NCBI RefSeq assembly: GCF_964355755.1
Contig: NC_092673.1
Location: 17,109,648 to 17,173,647 of the forward strand
Source: Antedon mediterranea
Taxonomy: Eukaryota > Animalia > Echinodermata
Direction: 5' to 3'
DNA length: 64,000 nucleotides
In this document: one piece after another, positions 35,521-50,362 of the stretch
Numbering within the stretch: the first letter of the stretch is position 1
How the letters are laid out: each line of letters opens with the position of its first letter
Position numbers and translations under genes: made by a program
The notes under the pieces: model-generated
What the model was told of the DNA's origin: nothing
Seen by the model: the letters and a program-made list of their open reading frames with translations, nothing else
Database searches by the model: none

Positions 35521-38500
35521 TATTTGTGAGAAAAACGGCGGATTGTTCCTGGGATTCACTTGGTGGGATTATACTAGGGTACCCCCTTAGTCGTCCAGTA
35601 TAAGTTAGAGTGGGACCACTGGTCCCGTTTACTCAGCCCTCATCTTTAAAATTTGAGTGTAACTCAATTACGATTTTTAAAATATAGTTAAATTTGAAAC
35701 TGTATTTGTGAGAAAATGGCGGATTGTTCCTGGGAGTCACTTGGTGGGATTATACTAGAGTACCCCCTTAGCCGTACAGTATAAGTTAGAGTGCGACCAC
35801 TGGTCCCGTTTACTCAGCCCTCATCTTTAAAATTTGAGTGTAACTCAATTACAATTTTTAAAATATAGTTAAATTTGAAACTGTATTGGTGAGAAAATGG
35901 CGGATTGTTCATGGGAGTCACTTGGTGGGATTATACTAGGGTACCTCCTTAGTCGTACAGTATAAGTTAGAGTGGGACCACTGGTACCGTTTACTGGTAC
36001 CGTTTACTCAGCCCTCATCTTTTAAATTTGTGTGTAACTCATTTACGATTTAAAAAATGTAGTGAAATTTGATACTGTATTTGTGAGAAAATGGCGGATT
36101 GTTCCTGGGAGTCACTTGGTGGGATTATACTAGGGTACCTCCTTAGTCGTCCAGTATAAATTAGAATGGGACCACTGGTACCATTTACTCAGCCCTCATC
36201 TTTTAAATTTGAGTGTAACTCATTTACGATTTAAAAAATATAGTGAAGATTGAGACTGTATTTGTGAGAAAATGGCGGATTGTTCCTGGGAGTTACTTGG
36301 TGGGATTATACTAGGGTACCTCCTTAGTTGTCCAGTATAAGTTAGAGTGGGACCACTGGTCCCGTTTACTCAGCCCTCATCTTTTAAATTTGAGTGTAAC
36401 TCATTTACGATTTATTTTAAAATATAGTGAAATTTTATACAGTATTTGTGAGAAAACGGCGGATTGTTCCTGAGAGTCACTTGGTGGGATTACACTATAG
36501 GGTACGTCCTTAGTCGTCCAGTATAAGTTAGAGTGCGACCACTGGTTCCGTTTACTCAGCCCTCATCTTTTAAATCTGAGTGTAACTCAATTACGATAAA
36601 AAAAATTAAAATAAAGTGAAAATTGATACTGTATTTGTGAGAAAATGGCGGATTATCCCTGGGAGTCACTTTGTGGGATTATACTAGGGTACCTCTTTAG
36701 TTGTCCAGTAGAAGTTAGAGTGGGACCACTGGTGCCGTTTACTCAGCCCTCATCTTTAACGTTTGAGTGTAACTCAATTACGATTAATATTTTAAAATAT
36801 AGTGAAATTTGATACTGTATTTGTGAGAAAATGGCGGATTCTTCCCGAGAGTCACTTGGTAGGATTATACTAGGGTACCTCCTTAGTTATTCAGTTTAAG
36901 TTAGAGTAGGACCACTGGTCGCGTTTACTCAGCCCATATCTTTAAAATTTAAGTGTAACTAAATTACGATTAATATTTTAAAATATAGTGAAATTTGATA
37001 CTGTATTTGTGAGAAAATGGCGGATTATTCCTGGCAGTCACTTGGTGGGATTATACTAGGGTACCCCTTTAGTCATCCAGTATAAGTTAGAGTGGGACCA
37101 CTGGTCGCGTTTACTCAGCCCATATCTTTAAAATTTAAGTGTAACTAAATTACGATTAATATTTTAAAATATAGTGAAATTTGATACTGTATTTGTGAGA
37201 AAATGGCGGATTATTCCTGGCAGTCACTTGGTGGGATTATACTAGGGTACCCCTTTAGTCGTCCAGTATAAGTTAGAGTGGGACCACTGGTCCCGTTTAC
37301 TCAGCCTCATCTTTAAAATTTGAGTGTAACTCATTTACGATTTTTAAAATATAGTGAAATTTGAAACTGTATTTGTGAGAAAATGGCGGATTGTTCCTGA
37401 GAGTCACTTGGTGGGATTATACTAGGGTACCTCTTTAGTCATCCTGTATAAGTTAGAGTGTGACCACTGGTCCCGTTTACTCAGCCCTCATCTTTAAAAT
37501 TTGAGTTTAACTCAATTACAATTTTTAAAATATAGTTAAATTTTAAACTGTATTTGTGAGAAAATGGCGGATTGTTCCTGGGAGTCACTTGGTGGGATTA
37601 TACTAAGGTACCTCCTTAGTCGCTCAGTATAAATTAGAGTGGCACCACTGGTACCGTTTACTCAGCCCTCATCTTTTAAATTTGAGTGTAACTCATTTAC
37701 GATTTAAAAAATATAGTGAAGTTTGAGACTGTATTTGTGAGAAAATGGCGGATTGTTCCTCGGAGTCACTTGGTGGGATTATACTAGGGTACCTCCTTAG
37801 TCGTCCAGTATAAGTTAGAGTGGGACCACTGGTCCCGTTTACTCAGCCCTCATCTTTAAAATTTGAGTGTAACTCATTTACGATTTTTAAAATATAGTGA
37901 AATTTGATACTGTATTTGTGAGAAAACGGCGGATTGTTCCTGAAAGTCACTTGGTGGGATTATACTAGGGTACGCCCTTAGTCGTCCAGTATAACTTAGA
38001 GTGCGACCACTGGTTCCGTTTAGTCAGCCCTCATCTTTTAAATTTGAGTGTAACTCAATTACGATAAAAATTTTTAAAATATAGTGAAAATTTATACTGT
38101 ATTTGTGAGAAAATGGCGGATTGTTCCTGGGAATCACTTTCTGGGATTATACTAGGGTACCTCCTTAGTTGTCCAGTAGAAGTAAGAGTGGGACCACTGG
38201 TCCCGTTTACTCAGCCCTCATCTTTAACCTTTGAGTGTAACTGAATTACGATTAATATTTTAAAATATAGTGAAATTTGATACTGTATTTGTGAGAAAAT
38301 GGCGGATTGTTCCCGGGAGTCACTTTGTAGAATTATACTAGGGTACCTCCTTAGTTGTTCAGTTTAAGTTAGAGTAGGACCACTGGTCCCGTTTACTCAG
38401 CCCATATCTTTAAAATTTAAGTGTAACTCAATTACGATTAATATTTTAAAATATAGTGAAATTTGATACTGTATTTGTGAGAAAATGGCGGATTGTTCCT

Positions 38501-41500
38501 GGCAGTAACTTGATGGGATTATACTAGGGTACCCCTTTAGTCGTCCAGTATAAGTTAGAGTGGGACCACTAGTCCCGTTTACTCAGCCTCATCTTTAAAA
38601 TTTGAGTGTAACTCATTTACGATTTTTAAAATATAGTGAAATTTGAAACTGTATTTGTGAGAAAATGGCGGATTGTTCCTGAGAGTCACTTAGTGGGATT
38701 ATACTAGGGTACCCCTTTAGTCGTCCAGTATAAGTTAGAGTGGGACCACTCGTTCCGTTTACTCAGCCCCCATCTTTAAAATTTGAGTGTAACTCATTTA
38801 CGATTTTTAAAATATAGTGAAATTTGAAACTGTATTTGTGAGAAAATGGCGGATTGTTCCTGAGAGTCACTTGGTGGGATTATACTAGGGTACCTCTTTA
38901 GTCATCCTGTATAAGTTAGAGTGTGACCACTGGTCCCGTTTACTCAGCCCTCATCTTTAAAATTTGAGTGTAACTCAATTACGATTTTTAAAATATAGTT
39001 AAATTTGAAACTGTATTTGTGAGAAAATGGCGGATTGTTCCTGGGAGTCACTTGGTGGGATTATACTAGGGTACCCCCTTAGCCGTACAGTATACTGTAA
39101 GTTAGAGTTCGACCACTGGTCCCGTTTACTCAGCCCTCATCTTTAAAATTTGAGTGTAACTCAATTACAATTTTTAAAATATAGTTAAATTTGAAACTGT
39201 ATTGGTGAGAAAATGGCGGATTGTTCCTGGGAGTCACTTGGTGGGATTATACTAGGGTACCTCCTTAGTCGTACAGTATAAGTTAGAGTGGGACCACTGG
39301 TACCGTTTACTGATACCGTTTACTCAGCCCTCATCTTTTAAATTTGAGTGTAACTCATTTACGATTTAAAAAATGTAGTGAAATTTGATACTGTATTTGT
39401 GAGAAAATGGCGGATTGTTCCTGGGAGTCACTTGGTGGGATTATACTAGGGTACCTCCTTAGTCGTCCAGTATAAATTAGAATGGGACCACTGGTACCGT
39501 TTACTCAGCCCTCATCTTTTAAATTTGAGTGTAACTCATTTACGATTTAAAAAATATAGTGAAGATTGAGACTGTATTTGTGAGAAAATGGCGGATTGTT
39601 CCTGGGAGTCACTTGGTGGGATTATACTAGGGTACCTCCTTAGTTGTCCAGTATAAGTTAGAGTGGGACCACTGGTTCCGTTTACTCAGCCCTCATCTTT
39701 TAAATTTGAGTGTAACTCATTTACGATTTTTTTTAAAATATAGTGAAATTTTATACAGTATTTGTGAGAAAACGGCGGATTGTTCCTGAGAGTCACTTGG
39801 TGGGATTACACTATAGGGTACGTCCTTAGTCGTCCAGTATAAGTTAGAGTGCGACCACTGGTTCCGTTTACTCAGCCCTCATCTTTTAAATTTGAGTGTA
39901 ACTCAATTACGATAAAAAAAATTAAAATAAAGTGGAAATTGATACTGTATTTGTGAGAAAATGGCGGATTGTCCCTGGGAGTCACTTTGTGGGATTATAC
40001 TAGGGTACCTCTTTAGTTGTCCAGTAGAAGTTAGAGTGGGACCACTGGTGCCGTTTACTCAGCCCTCATCTTTAACGTTTGAGTGTAACTCAATTACGAT
40101 TATTTTTTTAAAATATAGTGAAATTTGATACTGTATTTGTGAGAAAATGGCGGATTCTTCTCCGAGAGTCACTTGGTAGGATTATACTAGGGTACCTCCT
40201 TAGTTGTTTAGTTTAAGTTAGAGTAGGACCACTGGTCCCGTTTACTCAGCCCATATCTTTAAAATTTAAGTGTAACTAAATTACGATTAATATTTTAAAA
40301 TATAGTGAAATTTGATACTGGGATTATACTAGGGTACCTCTTTAGTCATCCTGTATAAGTTAGAGTGTGACCACTGGTCCCGTTTACTCAGCCCTCATCT
40401 TTAAAATTTGAGTTTAACTCAATTACAATTTTTAAAATATAGTTAAATTTTAAACTGTATTTGTGAGAAAATGGCGGATTGTTCCTGGGAGTCACTTGGT
40501 GGGATTATACTAAGGTACCTCCTTAGTCGCTCAGTATAAATTAGAGTGGCACCACTGGTACCGTTTACTCAGCCCTTATCTTTTAAATTTGAGTGTAACT
40601 CATTTACGATTTAAAAAATATAGTGAAGTTTGAGACTGTATTTGTGAGAAAATGGCGGATTGTTCCTCGGATTCACTTGGTGGGATTATACTAGGGTACC
40701 TCCTTAGTCGTCCAGTATAAGTTAGAGTGGGACCACTGGTCCCGTTTACTCAGCCCTCATCTTTAAAATTTGAGTGTAACTCATTTACGATTTTTAAAAT
40801 ATAGTGAAATTTGATACTGTATTTGTGAGAAAACGGCGGATTGTTCCTGAGAGTCACTTGGTGGGATTATACTAGGGTACGCCCTTAGTCGTCCAGTATA
40901 AGTTAGAGTGCGACCACTGGTTCCGTTTACTCAGCCCTCATCTTTTAAATTTGAGTGTAACTCAATTACGATAAAAATTTTTAAAATATAGTGAAAATTG
41001 ATACTGTATTTGTGAGAAAATGGCGGATTGTTCCTGGGAATCACTTTCTGGGATTATACTAGGGTACCTCCTTAGTTGTCCAGTAGAAGTTAGAGTGGGA
41101 CCACTGGTCCCGTTTACTCAGCCCTCATCTTTAACAGTTGAGTGTAACTGAATTACGATTAATATTTTAAAATATAGTGAAATTTGATACTGTATTTGTG
41201 AGAAAATGGCGGATTGTTCTCGGGAGTCACTTGGTAGGATTATACTAGGGTACCTCCTTAGTTGTTCAGTTTAAGTTAGAGTAGGACCACTGGTCCCGTT
41301 TACTCAGCCCATATCTTTAAAATTTAAGTGTAACTCAATTACGATTAATATTTTAAAATATAGTGAAATTTGATACTGTATTTGTGAGAAAATGGCGGAT
41401 TGTTCCTGGCAGTAACTTGGTGGGATTATACTAGGGTACCCCTTTAGTCGTCCAGTATAAGTTAGAGTGGGACCACTGGTCCCGTTTACTCAGCCTCATC

Positions 41501-43026
41501 TTTAAAATTTGAGTGTAACTCATTTACGATTTTTAAAATATAGTGAAATTTGAAACTGTATTTGTGAGAAAATGGCGGATTGTTCCTGAGAGTCACTTAG
41601 TGGGATTATACTAGGGTACCCCTTTAGCCGTACAGTATAAGTTAGAGTGGGACCACTGGTCCCGTTTACTCAGCCCTCATCTTTTAAATTTGAGTGTAAC
41701 TCAATTACGATAAAATTTTTAAAATATAGTGAAAATTGATACTGTATTTGTGAGAAAATGGCGGATTGTTCCTGGGAGTCACTTGGTGGGATTATACTAG
41801 GGTACCTCCTTAGTTGTACAGTATAAGTTAGAGTGGGACCACTGGTCCCGATTACTCAACCCTCCTTTTTAAAATTTGAGTGTAACTCAATTATGATTTT
41901 TAAAATATAGTGAAATTTGATACTGTATTTGTGAGAAAACGGCGGATGGTTCCTGGGAGTCACTTGGTGGGATTATACTAGGGTACCTCTTAAGTTGTAC
42001 AGTATAAGTTAGAGTGGGATCACTGGTCCCGTTTACTCAACCCTCATCTTTAAAGTTTGAGTGTAACTCAATTACGATTTGAAAATTATAGTGAAATTTG
42101 ATACTGTATTTGTGAGAAAACGGCGGATTGTTCCTGGTAGTCACTTGGTGGAATTATACTAGGGTATCTCCTTAGTCGTCCAGTATAAGTTTGAGTGTGG
42201 CCACTGGTCCCGTTTACTCAGCCCTCATCTTTTAAATTTGAGTGTAACTCAATTACGGTAAAATTTTTAAAATATAGTGAAAATTGATACTGTATTTGTG
42301 AGAAAATGGCGGATTGTTCATGGGAGTCACTTGGTGGGATTATACTAGTGTTCCTCCTTAGTCAACCAGTATTAGTTAGAGTGGGACCACTGGTCCCGTT
42401 TACTCAGCCTTCATCTTTAAAATTTGAGTGTAACTCAATTACAATTTTTAAAATATAGTTAAATTTGAAACTGTATTTGTGAGAAAATGGCGGATTGTTC
42501 CTGGGAGTCACTTGGTGGGATTATACTAGGGTACCTCCTTAGTTGTACAGTATAAGTTAGAGTGGGACCACTGGTTCCGATTACTCAACCCTCCTCTTTA
42601 AAGTTTGAGTGTAACTCAATTACGATTTTTAAAATATAGTGAAATTTGATACTGTATTTGTGAGAAAACGGCGGATTGTTCATGGGAGTCACTTGGTGGG
42701 ATTATACTAGTGTTCCTCCTTAGTCAACCAGTATTAGTTAGAGTGGGACCACTGGTCCCGTTTACTCAGCCTTCATCTTTAAAATTTGAGTGTAACTCAA
42801 TTACAATTTTTAAAATATAGTTAAATTTGAAACTGTATTTGTGAGAAAATGGCGGATTGTTCCTGGGAGTCACTTGGTGCGATTATACTAGGGTACCTCC
42901 TTAGTCGTCCAGTAGAAGTTAGAGTGTGGCCACTGGTCCCGTTTACTCAGCCCTCATCTTTTAAATTTGAGTGTAACTCATTTACGATTTATTTTAAAAT
43001 ATAGTGAAATTTTATACAGTATTTGT
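35521..43026 (+). repeat. ~181-bp satellite, left arm (~41 monomers)
   Basis: Monomer TATTTGTGAGAAAATGGCGGATTGTTCCTGGGAGTCACTTGGTGGGATTATACTAGGGTACC..; period measured at 35703 and 35884. Confidence 0.97.
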
Positions 43027-46000
43027 CCCACCGAGTGACTCCCAGTAACAATGCCCAATTTTTTCACAAATACAATATCAATTTTCACTATATTTTAAAA
43101 ATGTTATCGTAATTTTGTTCCACACAAATTTAAAAGATGAGGGCTGAGTAAACGGGACCAGTGGTCGCACTCTAACTTATACTGGACGACTAAGGAGGTA
43201 TCCTAGTATAATCACACCAAGTGACTCCCAGGTACAATCCGCCGTTTTCTCACAAATACAGTATCAAATTTCATTATTTTTTAAAAATCGTAAATGAGTT
43301 ACACTCAAATTTAAAAGATGAGGGCTGAGTAAACGGGACCAGTGGTCGCACTCTAACTTATACGGGACGATTAAGGAGGTACCCTAGTATAATCCCACCA
43401 AGTGATTCCCAGGAACAATCCCCCATTTTCTCACAAATATAGTTTCAAATTTAACTATATTTTAAAAATTGTAATTGAGTTACATTCAAATTTTAAAGAT
43501 GAGGGCTGAGTAAATGGGACCAGTGGTCCAACTCTATCTTATACTGGATGACTAAAGAGGTACCCTAGTATAATCCCACCAAGTGACTCTCACGAACAAT
43601 CTGCCGTTTTCTCACAAATACAGTATCAAATTTCACTATATTTTAAAAATCGTAAATGAGTTTCACTCACATTTTAAAGTTTTAAAGATGAGGGCTGAGT
43701 AAACGGGACCAGTGGTCTCACTCTAACTTATACTGGACGACTAAGGGTGTACCCTAGTATAATCCCACCAAGTGACTCTCAGGAACAATCCGCCGTTTTC
43801 TCACAAATACAGTTTCAAATTTCACTATATTTTAAAAATCGTAAATGAGTTACACTCAAATTTTAAAAAAGAGGGCTGAGTAAACGGGACCAGTGGTCCC
43901 ACTCTAACTTATACTGGACGACTAAGTGGGTACCCAAGTATAATCCCACCAAGTGACTCCCAGGAACAATCCGCCATTTTCTCACAAATACAGTATCAAA
44001 TTTCACTATATTTTAAAAATCGTAAATGAGTTAAACTCAAATTTTAAAGATGAGGGCTGAGTAAACAGGACCAGTGGTCCCACTCTAACTTATACTGGAC
44101 GACTAAGGGGGTACCCTAGTATAATCCCACCAAGTGACTCCCAGGAATAATCCGCCATTTTCTCACAAATACAGTATCAAATTTCACTATATTTTAAAAT
44201 ATTAATCGTAATTGAGTTACACTCAAACATTAAAGATGAGGGCTGAGTAAGCGGGACCAGTGGTCCCACTCTAACTTATACTGGACAACTAAGGAGGTAC
44301 CCTAGTATAATCCCACCAAGTGACTCCCAGGAACAATCCGCCATTTTCTCACAAATACAGTATCAATTTTCACTATATCTTAAAAATGTTATCGTAATTG
44401 AGTTACACTCAAATTCAAAAGATGAGGGCTGAGTAAACGGGACCAGTGGCCGGACTCTAACTTATACTGGACGACTAAGGAGGTACCTTAGTATAACCCC
44501 ACCATGTAACTCCCAGGAACAATCCGCCGTTTTCTCACAAATACAGTATCAAATTTCACTATATTTTTTTAATCGTAAATGAGTTCACTCAAATTTTAAA
44601 GATGGAGGCTTAGTAAACGGAACAAGTGGTCCCACTCTAACTTTTACTGGACGACTAAGGAGGCACCCTAGTATAATCCTACCAAGTGACTCTCAGGAAA
44701 AATCCGCCGTTTTCTAAAAAATACAGTATCAAATTTCACTATATTTTAAAAATCGTAAATGAGTTACACTCAAATTTTAAAGATGAGGGCTGAGTAAACG
44801 AGACCAGTGGTCCCACTCTAACTTATACTGGACAACTAAGGAGGTACCCTAGTATAATCCCACCAAGTGATTCCCAGGAACAAACCGCCATTTTCTCACA
44901 AATACAGTTTCAAATTTAACTATATTTTAAAAATTGTAATTGAGTTACACTCAAATTTTAAAGATGAGGGCTGAGTAAACGGGACCAGTGGTTCAACTCT
45001 ATCTTATACTGGATGATTAAAGAGGTACCCTAGTATAATCCCACCAAGTGACTCTCAGGAACAATCCGCCGTTTTCTCACAAATACAGTATCAAATTTTA
45101 CTATATTTTAAAAATCGTAAATGAGTTACACTCACATTTTAAAGATGAGGGCTGAATAAACGGGACCAGTGGTCCCACTCTAACTTATACTGGACGACTA
45201 AGGGTGTACCCTAGTATAATCCCACCAAGTGACTCTCAGGAACAATCCGCCGTTTTCTCACAAATACAGTTTCAAATTTCACTATATTTTAAAAATCGTA
45301 ATTGAGTTACACTCAAATTTTAAAAAAGAGAGCTGAGTAAACGGGACCAGTGGTTGCACTCTAACTTATACTGGATGACTAAAGACTTACCTTAGTGTAA
45401 CCCCACCAAGTGACTCCCAGGAACAATCCGCCATTTTCTCACAAATACATTATCAAATTTCACTATATTTTTTAAATCGTAAATGAGTTACACTCAAATT
45501 TTAAAGATGAGGGCTGAGTAAACGGTTCCAGTGGTCCCACTCTAACTTATACTGGACGACTAAGGGGGTACCCTAGTGTAATCCCACCAAGTGACTCCAA
45601 GGAACAATCCGCCATTTTCTCACAAATACAGTTTCAAATTTAACTATATTTTAAAAATTGTAATTGAGTTACACTCAAATTTTAAAGATGAGGGCTGAGT
45701 AAACGGGACCAGTGGTCCCACTCTAACTTATACAGCATGACTAAATAGGTACCCTAGGATAATCCCACCAAGTGACTCTGAGGAACAATCGGCCGTTTTT
45801 TCACAAATACAGTATCAAATTTCACTATATTTTAAAAATCGTAAATGAGTTACACTCAAATTTTAAACATGAGGGCTGAGTAAACGGGACCAGTGGTCCC
45901 ACTCTAACTTATACTGGATGACTAAGGGTGTACCCTAGTATAATCCCACCAAGTGACTCTCAGGAACAATCCGCCGTTTTCTCACAAATACAGTTTCAAA

Positions 46001-49000
46001 TTTCACTATATTTTAAAAATCGTAAATGAGTTACACTCAAATTTTAAAGATGAGGGCTGAATAAACGGGACCATTGGTCCCACTGAAACTTATACTGGAC
46101 GACTAAGGGGGTACCCAAGTATAATCCCACCAAGTGACTCTCAGGAACAATCCGTCATTTTCTCACAAATACAGTATCAAATTTCACTATATTTTAAAAA
46201 ATTATTCGTAATTGAGTTACACTCAAATTTTAAAGATAAGGGCTGAGTAAATAGGATCAGTGGTCCCACTCTAACTTAAACTGGACGACTAAGGGTGTAC
46301 TCTAGTATAATCCCACCAAGTGACTCTCAGGAACAATCCACCGTTTTATCACAAACACAGTATCAAATTTCACTATATTTTAAAAATCGTAAATGAGTTA
46401 CACTCAAATTTTAAAGATGAGGGCTGAGTAAACGAGACGAGTGGTCCCACTCTAACTTATACTGAACAACTAAGGAGGTACCCTAGTATAATCCCACCAA
46501 GTGACTCCCAGGAACAATCCGCCATTTTCTCACAAATACAGTCTCAAACTTCACTATATTTTTTTAATCGTAAATGAGTTACACTCAAATTTAAAAGATG
46601 AGGGCTGAGTAAACGGTACCAGTGGTCCCACTTTAATTTTTATTGGACGACTACGGAGATACCTTAGTATAATCCCACCAAGTGACTCCCAGGAACAATC
46701 CGCCATTTTCTCACAAATACAGTTTCAAATTTAACTATATTTTAAAAATTGTTAATGAGTTACACTCAAATTTTAAAGATGAGGGCTGAGTAAACGGGAC
46801 CAGTGGTCCCACTCTAACTTATACAGGATGACTAAATAGGTACCCTAGGATAATCCCACCAAGTGACTCTGAGGAACAATCCGCCGTTTTTTCACAAATA
46901 CAGTATCAAATTTCACTATATTTTAAAAATCGTAACTGAGTTAAACTCAAATTTTAAAGATGAGGGCTGAGTAAACTGGACCAGTTGTCCCACTCTAACT
47001 TATACTGGACGACTAAGGGTGTACCCTAGTATAATCCCACCAAGTGACTCTCAGGAACAATCCGCCGTTTTCTCACAAATACAGTTTCAAATTTCACTAT
47101 ATTTTAAAAATCGTAAATGAGTTACACTCAAATTTTAAAGATGAGGGCTGAGTAAACTGGACCAGTTGTCCCACTCTAACTTATACTGGACGACTAAAGG
47201 GGTACCCTAGTATAATCCCACCAAGTGACTTTCAGGAACAATCCGCCGTTTTCTCACAAATACAGTATCAAATTTCACTATTTTTTAAAATATTATTCGT
47301 CATTGAGTTACACCCAAATTTTAAAGATAAGGGCTGAGTAAACAAGATCAGTGGTCCCACTCTAACTTATACTGGACAACTAAGGAGGTACCCTAGTATA
47401 ATCCCACCAAGTGACTCCCAGGAACAATCCGCCATTTTCTCACAAATACAGTCTCAAACTTCACTATATATTTTTTAATCGTAAATGAGTTACACTCAAA
47501 TTTAAAAGATGAGGGCTGAGTAAACGGTACCAGTGGTCCCACTTTATTTTTTATTGGATGACTACGGAGGTACCTTAGTATAATCCCACCAAGTGACTCC
47601 CAGGAACATTCCGCCATTTTCTCACAAATACAGTTTCAAATTTAACTATATTTTAAAAATTGTAATTGAGTTACACTCAAATTTAAAAGATGAGGGCTGA
47701 GTAAACGGGACCAGTGGTCACACTCTAACTTATACAGGATGACTAAAGAGGTACCCTAGTAAAATCCCACCAAGTGACTCTCAGGAACAATCCGCCGTTT
47801 TCTCACAAATACAGTATCAAATTTTACTATATTTTAAAAATCGTAAATGAGTTACACTCAAATTTTAAAGATAAGGGCTGAGTAAACGGGACGAGTGGTC
47901 CCACTCTAACTTATACTGGACGACTAAGGGGGTACCCTAGTATAATCCCACCAAGCGACTCTCAGGAACAATCCGTCATTTTCTCACAAATACAGTATCA
48001 AATTTCACTATATTTTAAAATATTATTCGTAATTGAGTTACACTCAAATTTTAAAGATAAGGGCTGAGTAAACAAGATCAGTGGTCCCACTCTAACTTAA
48101 ACTGGACAACTAAGGAGGTACCCTAGTATAATCCCACCAAGTGAATCCCAGGAACAATCCGCCATTTTCTCACAAATACAGTATCAAATTTCACTATATT
48201 TTAAAAATCGTAAATGAGTTACACTCAAATTTAAAAGATGAGGGCTGAGTAAACGGGACCAGTGGTCCAACTCTAACTTATACTAGACGACTAAGGGGGT
48301 ACCCTAGTATAATCCCACCAAGTGACTCTCAGGAACAATCCACCGTTTTCTCACAAACACAGTATCAAATTTCACTATATTTTAAAAATCGTAAATGAGT
48401 TACACTCAAAATTTAAAGATGAGGGCTGAGTAAACGAGACCAGTGGTTCCACTCTAACTTATACTGGACAACTAAGGAGGTACCCTAGTATAATCCCACC
48501 AAGTGACTCCCAGGAACAATCCGCCATTTTCTCACAAATACAGTCTCAAACTTCACTATATTTTTTAAATCGTAAATGAGTTACACTCAAATTTAAAAGA
48601 TGAGGGCTGAGTAAACGGTACCAGTGGTCCCACTTTAATTTTTATTGGACGACTACGGAGGTACCTTAGTATAATCCCACCAAGTGACTCCCAGGAACAA
48701 TCCGCCATTTTCTCACAAATACAGTTTCAAATTTAACTATATTTTAAAAATTGTAATTGAGTTATACTCAAATTTTAAAGATGAGGGCTGAGTAAACGGG
48801 ACCAGTGTTCCCACTCTAACTTATACAAGATGACTAAAGAGGTAACCTAGTACAATCCCACCAAGTGACTCTCAGGAACAATCCGCCGTTTTCTCACAAA
48901 TACAGTATCAAATTTTACTATATTTTAAAAATCGTAAATGAGTTACACTCAAATTTTAAAGATAAGGGCTGAGTAAACGGGACGAGTGGTCCCACTCTAA

Positions 49001-50362
49001 CTTATACTGGACGACTAAGGGTGTACCCTAGTATAATCCCACCAAGTGACTCTAAGGAACAATCCGCCGTTTTCTCACAAATACAGTTTCAAATTTCACT
49101 ATATTTTAAAAATCGTAAATGAGTTACACTCAAATTTTAAAGATGAGGGCTGAGTAAACGGGACCAGTGGTCCCACTCTAACTTATACTGGACGACTAAG
49201 GGGGTACCCTAGTATAATCCCACCAAGTGGCTCCTAGGAACAATCCGACATTTTCTCACAAATACAGTATCATATTTCACTATATTTTAAAATATTATTC
49301 GTAATTGAGTTACACTCAAATTTTAAAGATAAGGGCTGAGTAAACGGGACCAGTGGTCCCACTCTAACTTAAACTGGACAACTAAGGAGGTACCCTAGTA
49401 TAATCCCACCAAGTGACTCTCGGGAACAATCAGCCATTTTCTCACAAATACAGTATCAAATTTCACTATATTTTAAAATATTAATCGTAATTGAGTTACA
49501 CTCAAACGTTAAAGATAAGGGCTGAGTAAACGGGACCAGTGGTCCCGCTCTAACTTATACAAGATGACTAAGGGTGTACCCTAGTATAATCCCACCAAGT
49601 GACTCTCAGGAACATTCCGCCGTTTTCTCACAAATACAGTATCTAATTTCACTATATTTTTAAAATCGTAAATGAGTTACACTCAAATTTAAAAGATGAG
49701 GGCTGAATAAACGGGACCAGTGGTCCCACTCTAACTTATACCGGACGAGTAAGGAGGCACCCTAGTATAATCCCACCAAGTGACTCTAAGGAACAATCTG
49801 CCGTTTTCTCACAAATACAGTATCAAATTTCACTATATTTTAAAAATCGTAAATGAGTTGCACTCAAATTTAAAAGATGAGGGCTGAGTAAACGGGACCA
49901 GTGGTCCCACTCTAACTTATACTGGACAACTAAGGAGGTACCCTAGTATAATCTCACCAAGTGACTCCCAGGAACAATCCGCCATTTTCTCACAAATACA
50001 GTATCAAATTTCACTATATTTTTTAAATCGTAAATGAGTTACACTCAAATTTAAAAGATTAGGGCTGAGTAAACGGTACCAGTGGTCTCACTCTAACTTA
50101 TACTGTACGAATAAGGAGGTACCCTAGTATAAACCCACCAAGTGACTCCCAGGAACAATCCGCCATTTTCTCACCAATACAGTTTCAAATTTAACTATAT
50201 TTTAAAAATTGTAATTGAGTTACACTCAAATTTTAAAGATGAGGGCTGAGTAAACGGGACCAGTGGTCCCACTCTAACTTATACTGAACGACTAAGGGGG
50301 TACCCTAGTATAATCCCACCAAGTGAATCCCAGGAACAATCCGCCGTTTTTCTCACAAATAT
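43027..50362 (-). repeat. ~181-bp satellite, right arm in inverted orientation (~40 monomers)
   Basis: Reverse complement of the same monomer. Orientation flips at ..TACAGTATTTGT|CCCACCGAGTGACTCCC.. with no spacer. Confidence 0.97.
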
